DNA of 64,000 nt, taken from positions 43,524,001-43,588,000 of the forward strand of contig OX597837.1 in assembly GCA_951406725.2 (NCBI GenBank), given 5' to 3'. Position 1 is the first letter of the stretch. Every line of letters begins with the position of its first letter. The notes under the pieces are model-generated. The model saw only the letters and a program-made list of their open reading frames with translations, did no database searches and had not been told where the DNA came from. The stretch is from Octopus vulgaris. Its lineage: Eukaryota. The position numbers were made by a program, and so were the translations under genes. Of this stretch, positions 41,643 through 55,721 are shown in pieces.

Positions 41643-41932
41643 CAAATAGACAGACCGATAGATAGATAGACAAATAGACAGACCGATAGATAGATAGATT
41701 GATAGATAGATAGATAGATTGATAGATAGATTGATGGATGGATAGATAGATGGATGGATAGATAGATAGATAGATAGACAGATATGTACGTATTGTTATA
41801 GACAATCAGACAGTCAGTCAGGTAGATAGATGTATAGATAGATATATATATGTGCGTATAGTTGTAGACACAGAGAGAGACAAACAGCTAGGTAGGTAGG
41901 TAGGTAGGTAGGTAGGTAGGTAGGTAGGTAGG

Positions 41933-41980
<48 letters not shown>

Positions 41981-42085
41981 CAGATAGATAGACAGATGGA
42001 CATATAGATAGAGAGACAGATAGATAGACAGATAGACAAATAGGGAGATAGATAGATAGATAGACAGATATATATAGAGAGAGAG

Positions 42086-42116
<31 letters not shown>

Positions 42117-42137
42117 TAGATAGATAGACAGACAAAC

Positions 42138-42235
<98 letters not shown>
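41530..42235. repeat. (GATA)n/(GACA)n/(GGTA)n compound tetranucleotide array
   Basis: Direct reading. Confidence 0.95.
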
Positions 42236-42836
42236 GCAGAGCGAAAGACGAGAGAATAGAGATATTTCCACTACCTAATTTTGCTATGGTGACAATTCCA
42301 GCAACATCTACAGAAACAATAGAATACAACAGATCACAATAGAACAGCAAAACCACATATATTAACAATACCCTCACAATATAAATGTCGTACAATACAT
42401 TACGACATACCAATATACGAGTTTTAGAAAATGGTGAAATATATTTGCCGATATATATATACCACTAATAGGTTATTGTTAATAAAAGGTATCAACCTCA
42501 AACATTAATTTCCTATCGGAGATAGAATTGCTGTAAAGTCTCTCAACCAATATTGAATCAGTCGAAGCGATTTTCATTAGAAATGGTGTCAATATTGTCA
42601 TCTTATTTTCACTATTATTTTATTTCATTTCATTTGTTTGTTTTTTTGTATTTGGTATTGTTTGTCATTATAACCGTATCAATATCGTATGCGTTTTCGG
42701 TAATCGTTAATCATGTTTGAAAAACCGAAAGGGAATGAAACTGGTCTCGTTTCGTTTCGTTTTCGGTTTCGTTTCGTTTCGTTTTGTCTTGTTTTATTTC
42801 GTCTCTGTGTTGGTCTGAAAATATTCTTTTTTTCTT

Positions 42837-43332
42837 AAGGAGGCGAGCTGGCAGAATCGTTAGCACGCCGGGCGAAATGCTTTGCGGTATTTCGTCCGCC
42901 GCTGCGTTCTGAGTTCAAATTCCGCCGAGGTCGACTTTGCCTTTCATCCTTTCGGGGTCGATAAATTAAGTACCAGTTACGCACTGGGGTCGATGTAATC
43001 GACTTAATACCTATGTCTGTCCTTGTTTGTCCCCTCTGTGTTTAGCCCCTTGTGGGTAATAAAGAAATAGGTATTTCGTCTGCCGTTACGTTCTGAGTTC
43101 ATATTATGCCGAGGTCAACTTTGCCTTTCATCATTTCGGGGTCGATAAATTAAGTACCAGTTACGCACTGGGGTTGATATAATCGACTCAATCCGTTTGT
43201 CTGTCCTTGTTTGTCCTCTCTGTGTTTAGCCACTTGTGGGTAGTAAAGAAAGGTATTTCGTCTGCCGCTACGTTCTGAGTTCATATTATGCCGAGGTCAA
43301 CTTTGCCTTTCATCCTTTCGGGGTCGATTAAA
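42837..43332 (+). mobile_element. SINE family B head-to-tail multimer (one full unit and two 5'-truncated units)
   Basis: Unit 1 starts AAGGAGGCGAGCTGGCAGAATCGTTAG; units 2 and 3 restart at GGTATTTCGTCTGCCG (~43070, ~43252); each has GCCTTTCATCCTTTCGGGGTCGATAAATTAAGTACCAG-like sequence. Confidence 0.92.
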
Positions 43333-43339
43333 TAACCGA

Positions 43340-43588
43340 TGGGGGTGGGGAGACAAACATAGACACACAGACATATACACACACATACATATATATATAT
43401 TTATATATATACACATACATATGCATATATACATATATACATCGGGGTTCTTTCAGTTTCCGTCAACCAAATACACTCACAAGCCTTTGGTCGGACCGAG
43501 GCTATAGTAGAATACACTTGTCCAGGGTACCATGCAGTGGGACTGAACCCGGAACCATGTGATTGGTAAGCTATCTACTTACCACACG
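43340..43588 (-). mobile_element. SINE family A, 5' half
   Basis: TTTCAGTTTCCGTC ... GGGACTGAACCCGGAACCATGTG. Confidence 0.85.
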
Positions 43589-43680
43589 TATATAAATATA
43601 TATATATATATATTTGAATCAAACTATTCTGATCCATATGCATTTATATACATATATACTTATATATACATACATATATA

Positions 43681-43770
<90 letters not shown>

Positions 43771-44300
43771 ACATACACGAAATCCTCTATAGTAAATTAA
43801 GATTGTTCCCCTTCGGGACCTTAAGGTCGTACGAGCACCATCTTCCTCTAGACACTTTTTGCCAAGGCAATAAATACGCAATAAATTATATAATTTCACA
43901 GGATAAGCAACCACATATAAAATGGATTCTTTGCTGAAAGTATGATATGAATATATTAATTGTGCCAAAGTTACGCACCTGTTAACAGTTTTGAGACGCA
44001 ACATGTGAATAAAATGTTTTCATTTCATTCAATTTGAAAGGATAGAGACACATTAACGAAAGTATGCGGACAAATTGAAAGGACAGAGACACATTAACTA
44101 ACGACTAAAGTATGTGGATAAACAAAGTGTGTGGACAGTTGCAACGATGAATGGTTCAGTTGTTTATTGCAAACAAGTATGAACATATTAAGTCATAGAG
44201 GAAGTTGATGAAAATCATATGGAAGCTGTTTTCTATATTGCTGATATGGCAATCCACAGAAGAATTAGTGTGACATAGTGCGTAACAAGATAGTGTGCCT

Positions 44301-44554
44301 CATCATCATCATCATCATCGTTTAACGTCTGCTTTCCATGCTAGCATGGGTTGGACAATTTGACTGAGGACTGGTGAACTAGATGGTTGCACCAGGCTCC
44401 AATCTTGATCTGGCAGAGTTTCTACAGCTGGATGCCCTTCCTAACGCCAACCACTCCTAGAGTGTAGTGGGTGCTTTTACGTGCCACCGGCACGAGGGCC
44501 AATCAGGCAGTACTGGCAACGGCCACGCTCAAATGGTGCTTTTTACGTGCCATC

Positions 44555-44557
<3 letters not shown>
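44301..44557 (-). mobile_element. SINE-like element (family D) with RTE-type (ATG)n tail, 5'-truncated
   Basis: Minus strand GTTGGCGTTAGGAAGGGCATCCAGCTGTAGAAA ... CCAACCCATGCTAGCATGGAAAGCAGACGTTAAACGATGATGATG; internal repeat GTGCTTTTACGTGCCA x2. Confidence 0.7.
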
Positions 44558-44629
<72 letters not shown>

Positions 44630-44697
44630 ACGGATGGATGGATGGATAAATTTAGACATCAAAATATATAATATATACATATATATGTATATATACA

Positions 44698-44742
<45 letters not shown>

Positions 44743-44905
44743 TCATAAATACACACATACACACAGTGTAAAGTAATGAAGCAGTGCTTAAATTTCATGT
44801 TTTCAGTGGTGGGTATACGTTAAGTTGATACATAGATACGTATTTCAGTTTAATTGTATATCAACTGCGGGCACCTGGGTTTTATATATATATGCAGAGA
44901 GAGAG

Positions 44906-44964
<59 letters not shown>

Positions 44965-45273
44965 GAGAGTAAGCAAGACAGATATATAGATAGATGGATG
45001 GATAGGTACAATACATACATGCATGCATACATACTTATATATCTTGTAGCGAGAGTACATTCCTGCAATTTGCTCTTGAAGCACATCTGCTTATTTCATT
45101 TTTACAATCCAATGTAGTCTCAGATGCTGCTGTGCGTTAGAGCAAAATACATATTAAAGCTGAAAATTATGGAAATATGATTTGCAGAGATATTGTATGA
45201 CAAAACTTCTCAGTCTGAGGAATTTGTAATATATATATATATATACATTTATTACGTTTATATGTATATTTAC

Positions 45274-45332
<59 letters not shown>

Positions 45333-45572
45333 CAAAAATAACCAACAATAATGTAATAACATATTGAATGCACACTCCTGAAAATATCCATAATCCAGCG
45401 ATGTGAAACCAGATATACCAGGGAGAAGAATCGCAGTGGGATTGCTCTCCCTAAGCGATACTTAATGCTTCTTACTACAACTTGATATGCTTCACCAAAA
45501 CCAAGAATATACTTCACAGATCTTATGCTACCCGAATCCATAAGTTAATCCAATACACTCATCGCATTACAC

Positions 45573-45603
<31 letters not shown>

Positions 45604-45720
45604 CTTAAGTATATCTTTCTATTTTATTTATATATTCATCTTTCTATGAGTATATATATATATATATATACATATATATATGTATATATATATGCACATA
45701 CATATATATATATACATATA

Positions 45721-45841
<121 letters not shown>

Positions 45842-46279
45842 ATGTATATATATACACATAGACACATTTTTCTTTCTCATCTATTTTTATGTCCAATCAT
45901 TTACATATATTCATCTTGAAAAAAAAAATAACTCCTCTCAGCAAATTTCATAGAAAATTATTTAGTAAATTATATCTTGCTTGTATTCTTTTTTTCTTTT
46001 ACTAATTTTATAAATATTTAATTCTATAAATGTCAATAAAACTATATTAAAGGAAGCAGCTCTACAATAATCTATTCCCCATTGCTCGTCTGGAAGAGAA
46101 GCTATTGCTGTAAAAATGGAACTATCTATTATTATCATTGATCGAATTATAAATTTGTAGCCGAAGCCCCATGAGTCTCGTATCGTTTTACAGAATGTAA
46201 ATTTTGACATAGTCAGTTGTTTATAAAATAATACAATATAGTCATTGTAATACATACACATATATATATATATATACAA

Positions 46280-46399
<120 letters not shown>

Positions 46400-46539
46400 A
46401 TTGTAGAGAGGGTTGGGGAGAGATTTTATATATTTAAATAATGTAATGTATAAAACATTCAGTGATAGACATTCAATGTGTAAAAATGTAATGGACTCAC
46501 TTTTTATCTTCGCTTTCTCTGTAACTCTCTCAATCTCTG

Positions 46540-46613
<74 letters not shown>

Positions 46614-47031
46614 TGTGTATGTGTGTGTGTTTGTGTGTGTACGTGTGTATGCATATATATCTATATATGTATTTATATATAAATACATACATATATATAT
46701 ACATGCACACACATATGTAGATATATATATATATATGCATATATATATACATATATATATATATTTGTATTTATCTGTATTTATTTATTTTCCTATGTGT
46801 ATAAATATTTTTAAGGATTTATATATATATATATGTATATATATGTGTGTGTGTATGTTTATACACATAGGCAAATAAATACAAATTTATATAGTTTATA
46901 ATTATGATAGTCTGCTGCTGCTGCTGTTATTCGAAATGGAGAAATACTATGTTTAATCAAAACTCATTGGAAAAGTTTCAGGAAATTTACATTAACAAAA
47001 ATAAATAAATAAATTTTTTAAAAATAATAAC

Positions 47032-47090
<59 letters not shown>

Positions 47091-47594
47091 TAACAATAAT
47101 GATAATAATTTATATAGCCTAAAATATCCATTAAAAAAACTGAAAGAGAAAAAACCCAGCTATAAGCAGAAATGTCGAATATGATTGGTTACTGAAGGAG
47201 GAAATTGCCTTATCCCCTGGGAAGGTGGGTCAATCATTTCGATTTGACCTCATTTCATACAATATTTATAATTATCTTCTTAATTTAATTTCTGATATGA
47301 AACAAAAGCCAAAATCACCAAATGTACTTTGATATAACAAGTTGTGTACGCATTGATAAACAAGTATAAACACAGCACTGTTTATACTTCCTTCACTAAA
47401 ACAAAAACAGTAACAACAACAAAAACAACATCAACAACAATAACAACCACAATAACAGTAATGATACCAACAATGAAATAAATATTGATGTAGTATTTTT
47501 TTGTTATTTGCATTCTGTTTTGTTTTTGTTTTAGATGTAATATTATTACATACAAAGACATTTTTGCATTACTAATTCCATATTGATTATTATT

Positions 47595-47776
47595 GTTAGC
47601 ACGCCGTAATAAAATACTTAGCAGTAGTGTTTCTGACTTTACGTTCCGAGTTCAAATTCCGACGAGGTCTACTTTGCTTTTCATTTTTTCGGGGTCGATG
47701 AAATGAGAGCAAGTCAAGCAATGCAGTCGATTTAATCGACTAGTTCCCAACCCTAAAATTTCAGGTCTTTTGCCTA

Positions 47777-47778
<2 letters not shown>
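47595..47778 (+). mobile_element. SINE family B copy running into a (TTA)n tail
   Basis: GTTAGCACGCCG ... GAGTTCAAATTCCGACGAGGTC ... CGGGGTCGAT; (TTA)n 47780-47967. Confidence 0.8.
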
Positions 47779-47857
<79 letters not shown>

Positions 47858-47900
47858 TATTATTATTATTATTATTATTATATTATTATTATTATTATAA

Positions 47901-47967
<67 letters not shown>

Positions 47968-48254
47968 GCCTTTGCACAGCTTCTAGCGCTGGAGATGTAC
48001 TACAGTGTCAGCTGTTCATTGCCAGTGAACTAAGGTAACACCTCTTATTTTTCGAGCACCTTCCGGAGTATTCGAGCAGTTCCAACCAGTGCGGGTTTTT
48101 GCAAGTGCTCAACCCTTATTGCTGCACCTATTTGTTTCACGTACTCCTCGAGATTTTTGCTCACTGTTCCCAGAGCTCCGACAATTATTGGTACTACTGC
48201 TACCTTTTTCATCGACCACAACTGCTTAACTTCCCAAGCTAACCTGTCATATCT
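47968..48254 (-). mobile_element. 3' end of an R4/Dong-like (RLE-endonuclease) non-LTR retrotransposon
   Basis: 69-aa open frame 48254-48045 RYDRLAWEVKQLWSMKKVAVVPIIVGALGTVSKNL...LQKPALVGTARILRKVLEK*, short 3' UTR, then (AAT)n; not in the supplied ORF track. Confidence 0.85.
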
Positions 48255-48610
48255 CTCATCACAACCATATGTGCGCGACGTAGTGATCTCATATCAAGAT
48301 AAACAGCGCATGACCTTGCAGGTGGCGTCCACTTAGAATTTTTCTTCATGTTGAGTAGCCCATCCTGCTCAAAAGGTCGCCAAAAATGGTTGTTTAAGGA
48401 TGTTGAACAATACACCCATGTTTCTAGAAGTGAAATATTCAAAACCCAAAGAAATCATATCAACATTTGGGTATGATGCTCTCCCTTACTACTTCCGCTT
48501 GTAATCAGAGATGCACATATCGTCAGCCACTAGGGGACATGCTGAACTGGTTAAGGCCAAACAACTAATAAGCAAATCTGTGGCACTGTGCAGAATAGTT
48601 GTTGTTTAAA

Positions 48611-48672
<62 letters not shown>

Positions 48673-49109
48673 CATTATTATTAAATGAGCCAAAAATTAT
48701 CTTGATTAACATTACACTTGTAATGAAGAGAAAATGGCCATTGGTTTTGATGATTATCGTACATATCCATGCCAAAATCTCATCTTTGTATAAGTCGTAC
48801 CTCATACTTTGTATAGAAAAGTTGTTAGTCGCACACTTGATTTATTTTTTAATCGAAGTTATGTACAAAATGTGCGTCTTATACTCGAGTATATGCAATA
48901 ATTCTTATTAAGATAGGCAAAGAAAGAAACTACCTTCAAATTGATTCCAAATCTATGAAGTCATATTCTGGGTGGAGGGTATGCATCTTGAGGTGTATGT
49001 GTTCTTTGGCATATGCGTGACTATTGGAGTGAGTTATTGATTGTAGGACTCCTGTAACCAAAGGTGTTAAATAAAACAACTGAGAATTTCAAGAATTAAT
49101 GAATAAACA

Positions 49110-49360
49110 CAAGCGGCCGAATTGGGTTCCTTCGAAGGATATCCAGAGTAATGTTACCCGACAGGGTGCGTAATTTGGAGATAAGGGTTAGGGTTGATCC
49201 ACTGCTTCTCCACATTGAGAAGCCATAGCTCCGGTGCCACGGGCATATGTTTAGAATGTCGTAGAAAAGACTGGCAAGACATATTCTTCAAACCATGTCA
49301 ACCAGCAGGAGGACTAGGGAGTAGGTAACAAAAGAGATGGTCAGATAATATCCAGAGTCT
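49110..49360 (+). mobile_element. Degenerate RTE-clade LINE C-terminal fragment
   Basis: FLRRISRVMLPDRVRNLEIR..VDPLLLHIEKP*LRCHGHMFRM...RWSDNI (cf. FLRR..DRVR..EPLLL.IE..QLRW.GH..RM). Confidence 0.75.
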
Positions 49361-49362
49361 CA

Positions 49363-50142
49363 AGTGTGTAACTGGTACTTAATTTATCGACCCCGAAATG
49401 ATGAAAGGCAAAGTCGACCTCGGCGGAATTTCAACTCAGAACGTAGTGGCAGACGAAATCCCTATTTCTTTACTACTCACAAGGGGCTAAACACAGAGGG
49501 GACAAACAAGGACAGACAAACGGATTAAGTCGATTATATCGACATCAGTGCATAACTGGTACTTATTTAATCGACACCGAAAGGATGAAAGGCAAAGTCG
49601 ACCTCGGCGGAATTTGAACTCAGAACGTAACGGCAGACGAAATACGGCTAAATATTTCGCCTGTCATCTCACTGCCTTAGCAAACTAAAGCATATGTGTT
49701 TCAGAATTTGGCACAAAGTCAGCAAGTTTGAGGTTGGAGACTATTGATTACATCGACCCCAGTATTCAGTTGGTACTTATTCTACCGACCTCGAGAGGAT
49801 GAAAGGCAAAGTCCACCTGGGCAGAATTTGAGCTTAAAATGAAAAGCCAGACGAAATGCCGCTAAGCATTTTGCCCGGCGTGCTGACGATTTGAGCAGTA
49901 TACCGCCTTAACAAATTAAGACAAATTGTTTCAAATTTGGGAACAAAGCCAGCAATTTCGGAAGCAGGGGACAGTCAATTACATCGACCCCACTATTGAA
50001 CTGGCACTTATTTTATCGACCGCGAAATGTACTAAAAGCAAAAATCGACCCGGTGGAATTTGAACTTACAACGTAAAGACGGACAGAATTCCGCTAACAA
50101 ATTTTCACCCGTCGCACTGAGAATTCTGCCTGCTCACCGCTT
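49363..50142 (-). mobile_element. Array of four SINE B units
   Basis: Units ~49363-49460, 49462-49678, 49698-49909 and 49927-50142, all on the minus strand. Confidence 0.88.
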
Positions 50143-50554
50143 AAACAGACTAAAATATATTAATTCAACATAAGTGTTCTTACGAAGTAATACACCGACA
50201 CAGCTATAGCTAATAGTACAGTTCAATAATTTGGCACAACCTTCTATATTGTTACAAGATATTAATAACCTGGAAAAATTATGCATAGCAATTATACTAA
50301 TACTCACGAAGAGTTGAAAGTATACTTTAAACCTTGTAACTCATACATAGTTAATGGATTTTACATAGTCTGGTAGCTTTGAATTTATGGAGAGTAGGAA
50401 GGAAGATTGTCATTAATTAGACTCAACATTCCATTTGCTTTATATATCTCTAGAGTTTGGTTTATGTATTTGTTTAATTATTTATTTTAGATTGCAATTG
50501 GCGAAGTATAACGTCGATGGCTACATGTTTGTAAATGGCCGGTCATTGTTTTAC

Positions 50555-50970
50555 TGTAGGAGTGGCTGTGTGATATGTAGCTTGCTTACGAACCGCACAT
50601 GGTTCCGGGCTCAGTCCCACTGCGTGGCACCTTGGGTAAGTGTATCTACTATTGCCTCGGTCCGACCAAAGCCTTGTGAGTGGATTTGGTTGAGGGAAAC
50701 TGGAAGAAGACCGTCGTATATATGTGAATATATATATGTATGCGTATGTATTTGTTTGTGTGTCTGTTTGTCCCCCCCCCCCAACATCGCTTGACAACCG
50801 ATGCTGGTGTTTTTACGTTCTCGTAACTTAGCGGATCGACAAAATAGACCGATAGAATAAGTACTAGGCTTACAAAGAATAAGCTCTGGCGTCGATTTGA
50901 TCGACTATAAAAGAGGTGCTCCAGCATGGCCACAGTCAAATGACTGAAACAAATGAAAGTGGGTAAAGAG
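50555..50970 (+). mobile_element. SINE family A, full length
   Basis: GTAGGAGTGGCTGTGTG ... CAGTCAAATGACTGAAAC. Confidence 0.92.
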
Positions 50971-50984
50971 AAAGGTGTACTAAC

Positions 50985-51875
50985 AATTTTTTTCTACTCT
51001 AGGAACAAGGTCCGAAATTTGTGGGGAGGGGCCTAATCGATTAGATCGACCCCAGTACACAACTAGTACTTAAATTATCGACACCGAAAGTATGAAAGGT
51101 AAAGTCGACCTCGGCGGAATTTGAACTCAGAACGTAAGACAGACGAAATACCGCTAAGCATTTCGCCTGGCCTGCTAACGTTTCTGCCAGCTCACCGCCT
51201 TTTATTTGCTACAGATTTGGGCAAAAAAAAACAATATTTTAATAAAGGGATTGAGTTATTCGATTACATCGTCTCCAATACTCAACAATAATTATTTCAT
51301 CATCCCCCGAAAGAATAAAAGGCAAAGTCTACCGTGGCGAAATTTGAACTCAGGACCTAAAGGCAGAGGTAATGCTGCTAAACAATTTTAAGGAAAGGAG
51401 TAAGTCGATTACACCAACTTCAGTATTCAACTGGTGGTTATTCTGTCGACCCTGAGAGGACAAAAGGTAAAGTCGACAAAGGAAGAACTTGTACTCACCT
51501 GGTAAATACAGACGTAATGCTGCTAAGCACTTAGTAAGGCGTGCTAACGACTCTGCCAATTCGCTGCCTTATTTATTTTATTTTATTTTATTTTATTTTA
51601 TTTATTTTATCTAGTTTCAGCGCACGAGCTGTGGCCATGCTGGGGCACCGCCATTTGCAACACATTTTAGCACAAAGCCAGTCAATTTTAAGTTAGGGTC
51701 TGCGTTATTCCCTTACAGCAACCCCAGTGCTCAACTATAATAATTTTATCAACCCCCTAAACAATAAAAGACTAAGTCGTCTAAGGCGGAATTTGAACTC
51801 AGATCCTAAAGAACCGGAAGAAATAGCGCTAAGCATATTAATCTACATGCTGGCAATTTTGCTAGCTAACTGCCT
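50985..51875 (-). mobile_element. Array of four further SINE B units of differing divergence
   Basis: Units ~50985-51201, 51205-51390, 51395-51570 and 51660-51875 share GGAATTTGAACTCAG / GCTAAGCA blocks. Confidence 0.8.
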
Positions 51876-52315
51876 ACAGTACAGAACAAATAACACCAAA
51901 GAAGCAGCGATGCGCATTTGTGTTTATGATGTTTGCTTTAGAGACCCATAGGTATGCGCAAATATAATTACATAAGAGTCAAGTTAGAATCAATTAGCTT
52001 AGAGTCAATTACTGCATGTTTTTCATTGATAGAAACAAGAATGATTCTTTAATTCGATGGGGAATAAAGAGTCCCGAGAGGGGCCAGCATCTGTTCGAGT
52101 GTGTTTATGATATTCGCTTCAGAATCACGTAGCCAAGCGCTAATGTAATTTCAGTAAAGTCAGTTATGCTGATCTCAGTTCATAATTTTATACATATCGA
52201 CTAATCTTGAGGAAGATATCTTAGTTTAATTTGCGTTATGCCACTTTGGGGAGTGAATACAAAACGTGACACCGATCTGCGGTGTGTAGACATTAATACA
52301 TACCTGCATACACAC

Positions 52316-52364
<49 letters not shown>

Positions 52365-52365
<1 letters not shown>

Positions 52366-52760
52366 CCGTGGGTGTGTGGCATAAGTAGCTTGCTTACCAG
52401 CCACATGGTTCCGGGTTCAGTCCTACTGGGCGGCACCTTGGGCAAGTGCCTTCCACTATAGCCTCGGGCCGACCAAAGCCTTGTGAGTGGATTTGGTAGA
52501 CGGAAACTGAAAGTAGCCAGTCGTATATATCTACATATATGTATATATGTATGCGTGTGTATATGTTTCTGTGTCTCTGTTTGTCCCCCCAACATCGCTT
52601 GATAACCGATGCCGGTATCCTCGTAAATTAGCGGTTCGGCAAAAGAGACCGATAGAATAAGTACTAGGCTTACAAAGAATAAGTTCTGGGGTCGATCTGC
52701 TAGACAAAAGGCGGTGCTCCAGCATGGCAGCAGTTAAATGACTGAAGCAAGTAAAAGAGT
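52365..52760 (+). mobile_element. SINE family A, near full length
   Basis: AAGTAGCTTGCTTACCAGCCACATGGTTCCGGGTTCAGTCC ... GACTGAAGCAAGTAAAAGAG. Confidence 0.9.
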
Positions 52761-52909
52761 ATTTCGTTTGAATTCAAATTCCACCAAGGTCCACTTTGCC
52801 TTTCGTCCTTTCGGGGTCAATAAATTAAGTACCAGTTGCATACTAAGGCCGATCTAATCGACTGGCCCCCTCCCACCAAATTTCAGGCCGTGTGTCTATA
52901 TTAAAAAGG

Positions 52910-52962
<53 letters not shown>

Positions 52963-53177
52963 TATTTTAGCACACCGGGCGAAATGCTTAGCGGTATTTC
53001 GTGTGTCGTTACGTTTTGAGTTCAAATTCCGCCGAGGTCGACTTTGCCTTTCATCCTTTCAGGGTCGATAAATAAAGTACCAGTTTCGACTGGGGTCGAC
53101 GTAATCAACTTAATCCCTTTGTCTGTCCCTGTTTGTCCCCTCTATGTTTAGCCCCTTGTGGGCAATAAAGAAATATA
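52760..53177 (+). mobile_element. Two SINE B copies (52760-52909, 52968-53177) with different tails, each followed by (TTA)n
   Basis: Both contain TTTGCCTTTC.TCCTTTC.GGGTC; the tails differ. Confidence 0.88.
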
Positions 53178-53765
<588 letters not shown>

Positions 53766-54289
53766 TTATTGTTGTTAAAATTATTATGCCCTCCTCTAAA
53801 ATTGCTGGCTTTGTGCCAAAATTTGAAATCATTATGTGTTGTTGTTGTTGTTTCTACTGCTCCTCATTTTTCACTTGCTGATGTTGCTTCTCCTGCTGGT
53901 GGTGCCGATGGCGGTGTCGTTGATGCTGTCAGTGTTTCAGTTTTCAAAAGAAATATTTTCAGTAAACGAAGGCAAATGGTGGAACCAAGTGAAAAAAAAA
54001 AACAGAAGAAATAGTGATTGATATTTGATTATATAAGTATGTGTGTGTATGTGTGTGTGCGTGTGCGTGTGATTGCACGTGCATGTGGCGTTTTTGAATG
54101 CATATGTGTGTACCATGTCTACCTGTGTGTCATATCCATATGTATTTATATCCATATGTATATATGTGCGTATATACATATATATATATATATATCACAT
54201 ATGTATATATTTTTATTTACATATATATGTCATATACATATGCATGTATAAGTACTTAACTTCTTATACATCTGTGTATATATATAGTA

Positions 54290-54338
54290 CATATATATAG
54301 TACATATACATATATACCTCTCGCTCTCTCTCTCTCTC

Positions 54339-54384
<46 letters not shown>

Positions 54385-54431
54385 GAGAGAGAGAGAGCGA
54401 GAGGTATATATGTATATGTACTATATATATG
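54290..54431. repeat. Palindrome centred on a (TA)n run
   Basis: CATATATATAGTACATATACATATATACCTCTCGCTCTC...TATG is mirrored on the other side of the (TA)n; the arms differ by one CT unit. Confidence 0.9.
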
Positions 54432-55050
54432 CTCTTATTAAAATACATACACTTATAAATCCATATATGAACCTATACACACATTTATACACATTTTTAG
54501 ATTTAAATATAAATATATATTTCTATGTATATATATATGTATATATATATATATATATATGTCTGTATGTATGTATTTATGTTTACCCAGATAGATTAGC
54601 ACATGCATAACTACAAGTATTCACACATACATACGCATACACATACTCATGAAAAAGACTAATAAAATTGCATCTGTGAAAATGAATTAAGACAGAAAAT
54701 CTAATTTGCATATTTAATTTAATATTTAATTTGCTGTATTATTTGAAATAAAAATGAAAATTTTTAAATAGTTTTGAATGCAAAATGAAGACACATGATC
54801 AACATACGCCAAAAAAAATATACGTATAGGCATAGCTGGTGCACGTAAATGTATGTATAAAATCATTCACACAGACGTGTATACATACTTATAGATACGT
54901 ATACATATATTTATATATAGAAATATATATCCATACATATTTTCATATATATATAGTCATCCATATATATATATGTATACATGTACGTCTACTTATACAT
55001 ATACAATACATATACATAGTCTTTTATACATACATACATACATACATACA

Positions 55051-55111
<61 letters not shown>

Positions 55112-55721
55112 ATGCATACATACATAATAGATACAAATATGCACATTTTCTCATACATAATTCAAATTTGAACATATTAGATGCATATGCAGGTGTGTGC
55201 ATGTATGTGTATATGTATACATACATGTGTATGTTTGTAGAAATACATATGCACACACACACACACATATATATACATATACATATATATGTATACATAT
55301 ATATATACACATATATATACACATATATATATATACACGTATATATACACACATATATATATACATATATATATATGAATATATTATGTCATATATATGC
55401 ACATATACATAGATATAAACACAGATACATATACACACATATGTACATATATATAGATACACACACGTTTAGATTCCTCTTTGAGTCAGCATGTATTTAT
55501 TCACACATAGATGTCCAATGAGAAAGTGAGAAATATTAACTAATTGCAGAATCAGAAAAAAAAATGCCATGATGTAGCAGATCGTGAAATAGTTGAAGAA
55601 AATTCGCAAAAATATCAAAAAACACAACAAAATATATGACTTCATGTTTCATTTCCTTTATTTTTGTATATATTTTATATATTTTGTTTCTTCATGTGAT
55701 TATGCAGAATTTGTAATCCGA

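Noticed and set aside
46085-46185. CTGGAAGA...GCTA/TAGC...GAAG...GTC resembling a decayed hammerhead
   Set aside because: Both core segments deviate and stems I and III are absent
49363-51875. Repeat-spacer pattern superficially like a CRISPR array
   Set aside because: The units are ~200-bp diverged SINEs in eukaryotic DNA; no cas genes and no short identical repeats
54660-54790. Cluster of octamer/homeodomain-like motifs (ATTTGCAT, TAATTT)
   Set aside because: Expected by chance at this AT content
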